Source of the DNA: an archaeon | Lineage (GTDB): Archaea > EX4484-52 > WAPT01 | NCBI GenBank assembly: GCA_029258795.1 | Contig: JAPDKB010000002.1 | Coordinates: forward strand, 32,001 to 96,000 | Length of the DNA: 64,000 nt | Direction: 5' to 3' | In this document: piece after piece, positions 62,019 through 64,000 of the stretch | Numbering within the stretch: the stretch's first letter is position 1 | How the letters are laid out: every line of letters begins with the position of its first letter | The notes under the pieces: generated by a model | The model's input: only the letters and a program-made list of their open reading frames with translations | Databases searched by the model: none | Told to the model about the DNA's origin: nothing | Made by a program: the position numbers and the translations under genes

Positions 62019-63014
62019 CTATAACCCCCTTCCTGCAGCCCACACATCCAGCCAGTGTATAATCGGCTTGACGAAGGGCTCGTCCGTTATGTATTTCAGG
62101 AGATGTACTCCCGCCCTGTGAAATCCTTTCTCTACCATCTTCATTTGCTTTAAGGCCTCTCTCTTGTATTCTTCAGCATACTTATCCAGATCCACCTCCA
62201 TGACTTTACCTGTCAGCGGATCTTTTAATCTATAATAACCAGTACCCTTGGGAAGCTCGATGTCGCGTCGGTCACGCACCATTATGCCCAGAACACCCTC
62301 AAATTTGGATGACGCCATCCTTAACTTATCCTCCCAATCCCCCTGCAAACCGATAAAATCGGAGATGATGAAGAGCATGGTTTCCCTTCTGAGGATCTTC
62401 ACAGCGAAATCCAGAGCTGAAGAGAAGTCCTTTTTTCCTTTCCAGTTTCTTCTGTCGAGCATGGCTGAAAGGATGCGGTAATAGTGTGCGCTCTCTTTTA
62501 ACGGAGGTACAAATCTATTTATCTTATCAGAAAACATGATGATCCCGGCATTATCTCCATTCTCAAGCGTGGCGTAGGTAATGGCGCCAGCTATAAGCGT
62601 TGCGTACTCACTTTTCAGCCGTTTAGCGGTGCCAAAAAGCATGGTGGGGGAGGCATCAACCATTACAACTACATCAAGATCACGTTCCTGTTCAAAAACC
62701 TTAACGTAAAGCTTTGTAATTGTGCCACCAGCGTTGACCCTCAGAGTCGATTTCCAGTCGATAAGGGAAGCGTCATCACCTTCCTCATACTGCCTGAGTC
62801 CGTAGAACTCAAGACCCTTGCCCCTGAAAACCACCTTGTACTTCAAAACCAGCCTGAAAATGTCCGCAAGTTTCTTGACTTCAACATCTATTTCCTTAAC
62901 AAGCTTCTTGACTTCCTCAGGAACTTCACGCCTTCTTTTTGCTTTTTCCAGCTCTCTTTCCAACTTTTTCTTGTGCGCTTTTCTGTTAACAAGCTTCTTT
63001 ATTTTTGGGCTCAT
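62019..63014 (-). CDS. DUF58 family protein
   Basis: GKGLEFYGLRQYEEGDD..IDWK, EQERD, DASPTM, IISDF. Confidence 0.9.
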   Translation of the reverse strand: MSPKIKKLVNRKAHKKKLERELEKAKRRREVPEEVKKLVKEIDVEVKKLADIFRLVLKYKVVFRGKGLEFYGLRQYEEGDDASLIDWKSTLRVNAGGTITKLYVKVFEQERDLDVVVMVDASPTMLFGTAKRLKSEYATLIAGAITYATLENGDNAGIIMFSDKINRFVPPLKESAHYYRILSAMLDRRNWKGKKDFSSALDFAVKILRRETMLFIISDFIGLQGDWEDKLRMASSKFEGVLGIMVRDRRDIELPKGTGYYRLKDPLTGKVMEVDLDKYAEEYKREALKQMKMVEKGFHRAGVHLLKYITDEPFVKPIIHWLDVWAAGRGL

Positions 63015-63149
63015 GCAAGATGATTTGGTTAAGCTTCCCTAAAAAAGTTTCTCTAATTTTGTGGCTCTGAGATTAAGTATCATAACTTCGTTCACCGAAA
63101 AATATATATAGAATGTTAATCCAATTTTAAAGTAATTCGGTTGGGTGAG

Positions 63150-63767
63150 ATGAAAATGCCATCTCGTAGAGCAATTAAAGATGAAGAATACGAAATACCC
63201 TATGATGATTATGAAGTAATGCCTATAAATCCGTTGCGCAGACTTGAGAAAAGGTTGGAAGCTCTGGAGGAGTCAAGAACACTCTCCAATCTCGAAAGAT
63301 TTATAGACAAGATAATCGATATGACTGAGCTAAATCAAAAGATTGTTGAGGAGGTTGTAAGGTCTAATCAGGGTTTGAGAGAAGAGATTGAAGTGCTTGT
63401 GGGCAAGCTGGATAAGCTTGAGGAAAAAATAGAGCAGTTCGTGGACATTTTGAAAATGCTTGGTGAGGAGGAAGCCAGAAGTGGTGGAGAGGAAGTCATG
63501 ATGAAGATTGCAGAGAAATTTGATGATATCGCCAACAAAATAGCGGAGAGTAACACAAACGTTCTGCAGGCTTTGACATCCATCGATAAGCGTCTGAAGA
63601 AGCTCGCGAGTGAAGGGTCACACATCCACGCAATGCACAAGCCGTCCGCACCACCCGCATCTCCGGCACCACACGGAATGGGGTCGGGAATGCCGCCCAC
63701 TCCATCAGAATTTGGAGCACCCCAACCAACCTCTCCAGGTCCTACTCCTCCACTCAAAAGAATATGA
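63150..63767 (+). CDS. Coiled-coil protein with Pro-rich tail
   Basis: Heptad region followed by Pro-rich C-terminus. Confidence 0.7.
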   Translation: MKMPSRRAIKDEEYEIPYDDYEVMPINPLRRLEKRLEALEESRTLSNLERFIDKIIDMTELNQKIVEEVVRSNQGLREEIEVLVGKLDKLEEKIEQFVDILKMLGEEEARSGGEEVMMKIAEKFDDIANKIAESNTNVLQALTSIDKRLKKLASEGSHIHAMHKPSAPPASPAPHGMGSGMPPTPSEFGAPQPTSPGPTPPLKRI

Positions 63768-63773
63768 TAAGGG

Positions 63774-63986
63774 GTGATGATGATGGATAAGCAGACGAAA
63801 AAAATAATAGAATCGATTGAATATTTCGTGCTTCTGCTGGCTCTGGCCATGATAGGTGTGCTGATGGGTATGATGAGTGTTGTGCAGAATCAGCAGGATA
63901 TGCTCGTGATAATTTCGATGATGAATGTGATGGGAATACTGCTTGCGGACATGTTGCTGTTCAAGATTTACAGAGAGAAGAAATGA
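63774..63986 (+). CDS. Small 2-TM protein
   Basis: Two hydrophobic helices; RBS GGGGTGA. Confidence 0.6.
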   Translation: MMMMDKQTKKIIESIEYFVLLLALAMIGVLMGMMSVVQNQQDMLVIISMMNVMGILLADMLLFKIYREKK

Positions 63987-64000
63987 TAATTGAGAGGTGG

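Overview
Archaeal chromosomal window, probably from a DPANN-like lineage (inferred from gene content, not established). Housekeeping content includes a type IV pilus-like locus, rfcL, cdc48-hsp20 with a divergent wHTH regulator, rps19e/PDCD5/rpl39e/rpl31e/aIF6, gyrBA, thiI, rpl15e, XPD, a DUF134/NifX/CDF/Fe-S ATPase operon, a KaiC-like ATPase, fused pyrK-pyrD, pyrC, MC1, Nre, SRP RNA and vWA/DUF58. There are eight tRNA genes; seven carry nine bulge-helix-bulge (BHB) introns in total, six of them at T-loop position 59/60. A decayed mobile island follows tRNA-Val (about 20.6-30.7 kb). Best discovery: the 3' remnant of an IS110/IS1111-type recombinase is followed by an intact-looking two-loop bridge/seek RNA (23117-23240, minus strand). 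Its guides spell a target, TTGGGA-CA-AAAT, that is the terminal inverted repeat of a different IS in the window, and a donor half that matches the element's own junction at 23060-23066. A repeated multi-pass membrane protein + V4R cassette, with four V4R genes overall, suggests an uncharacterised signalling module. All calls were made by eye without database searches.
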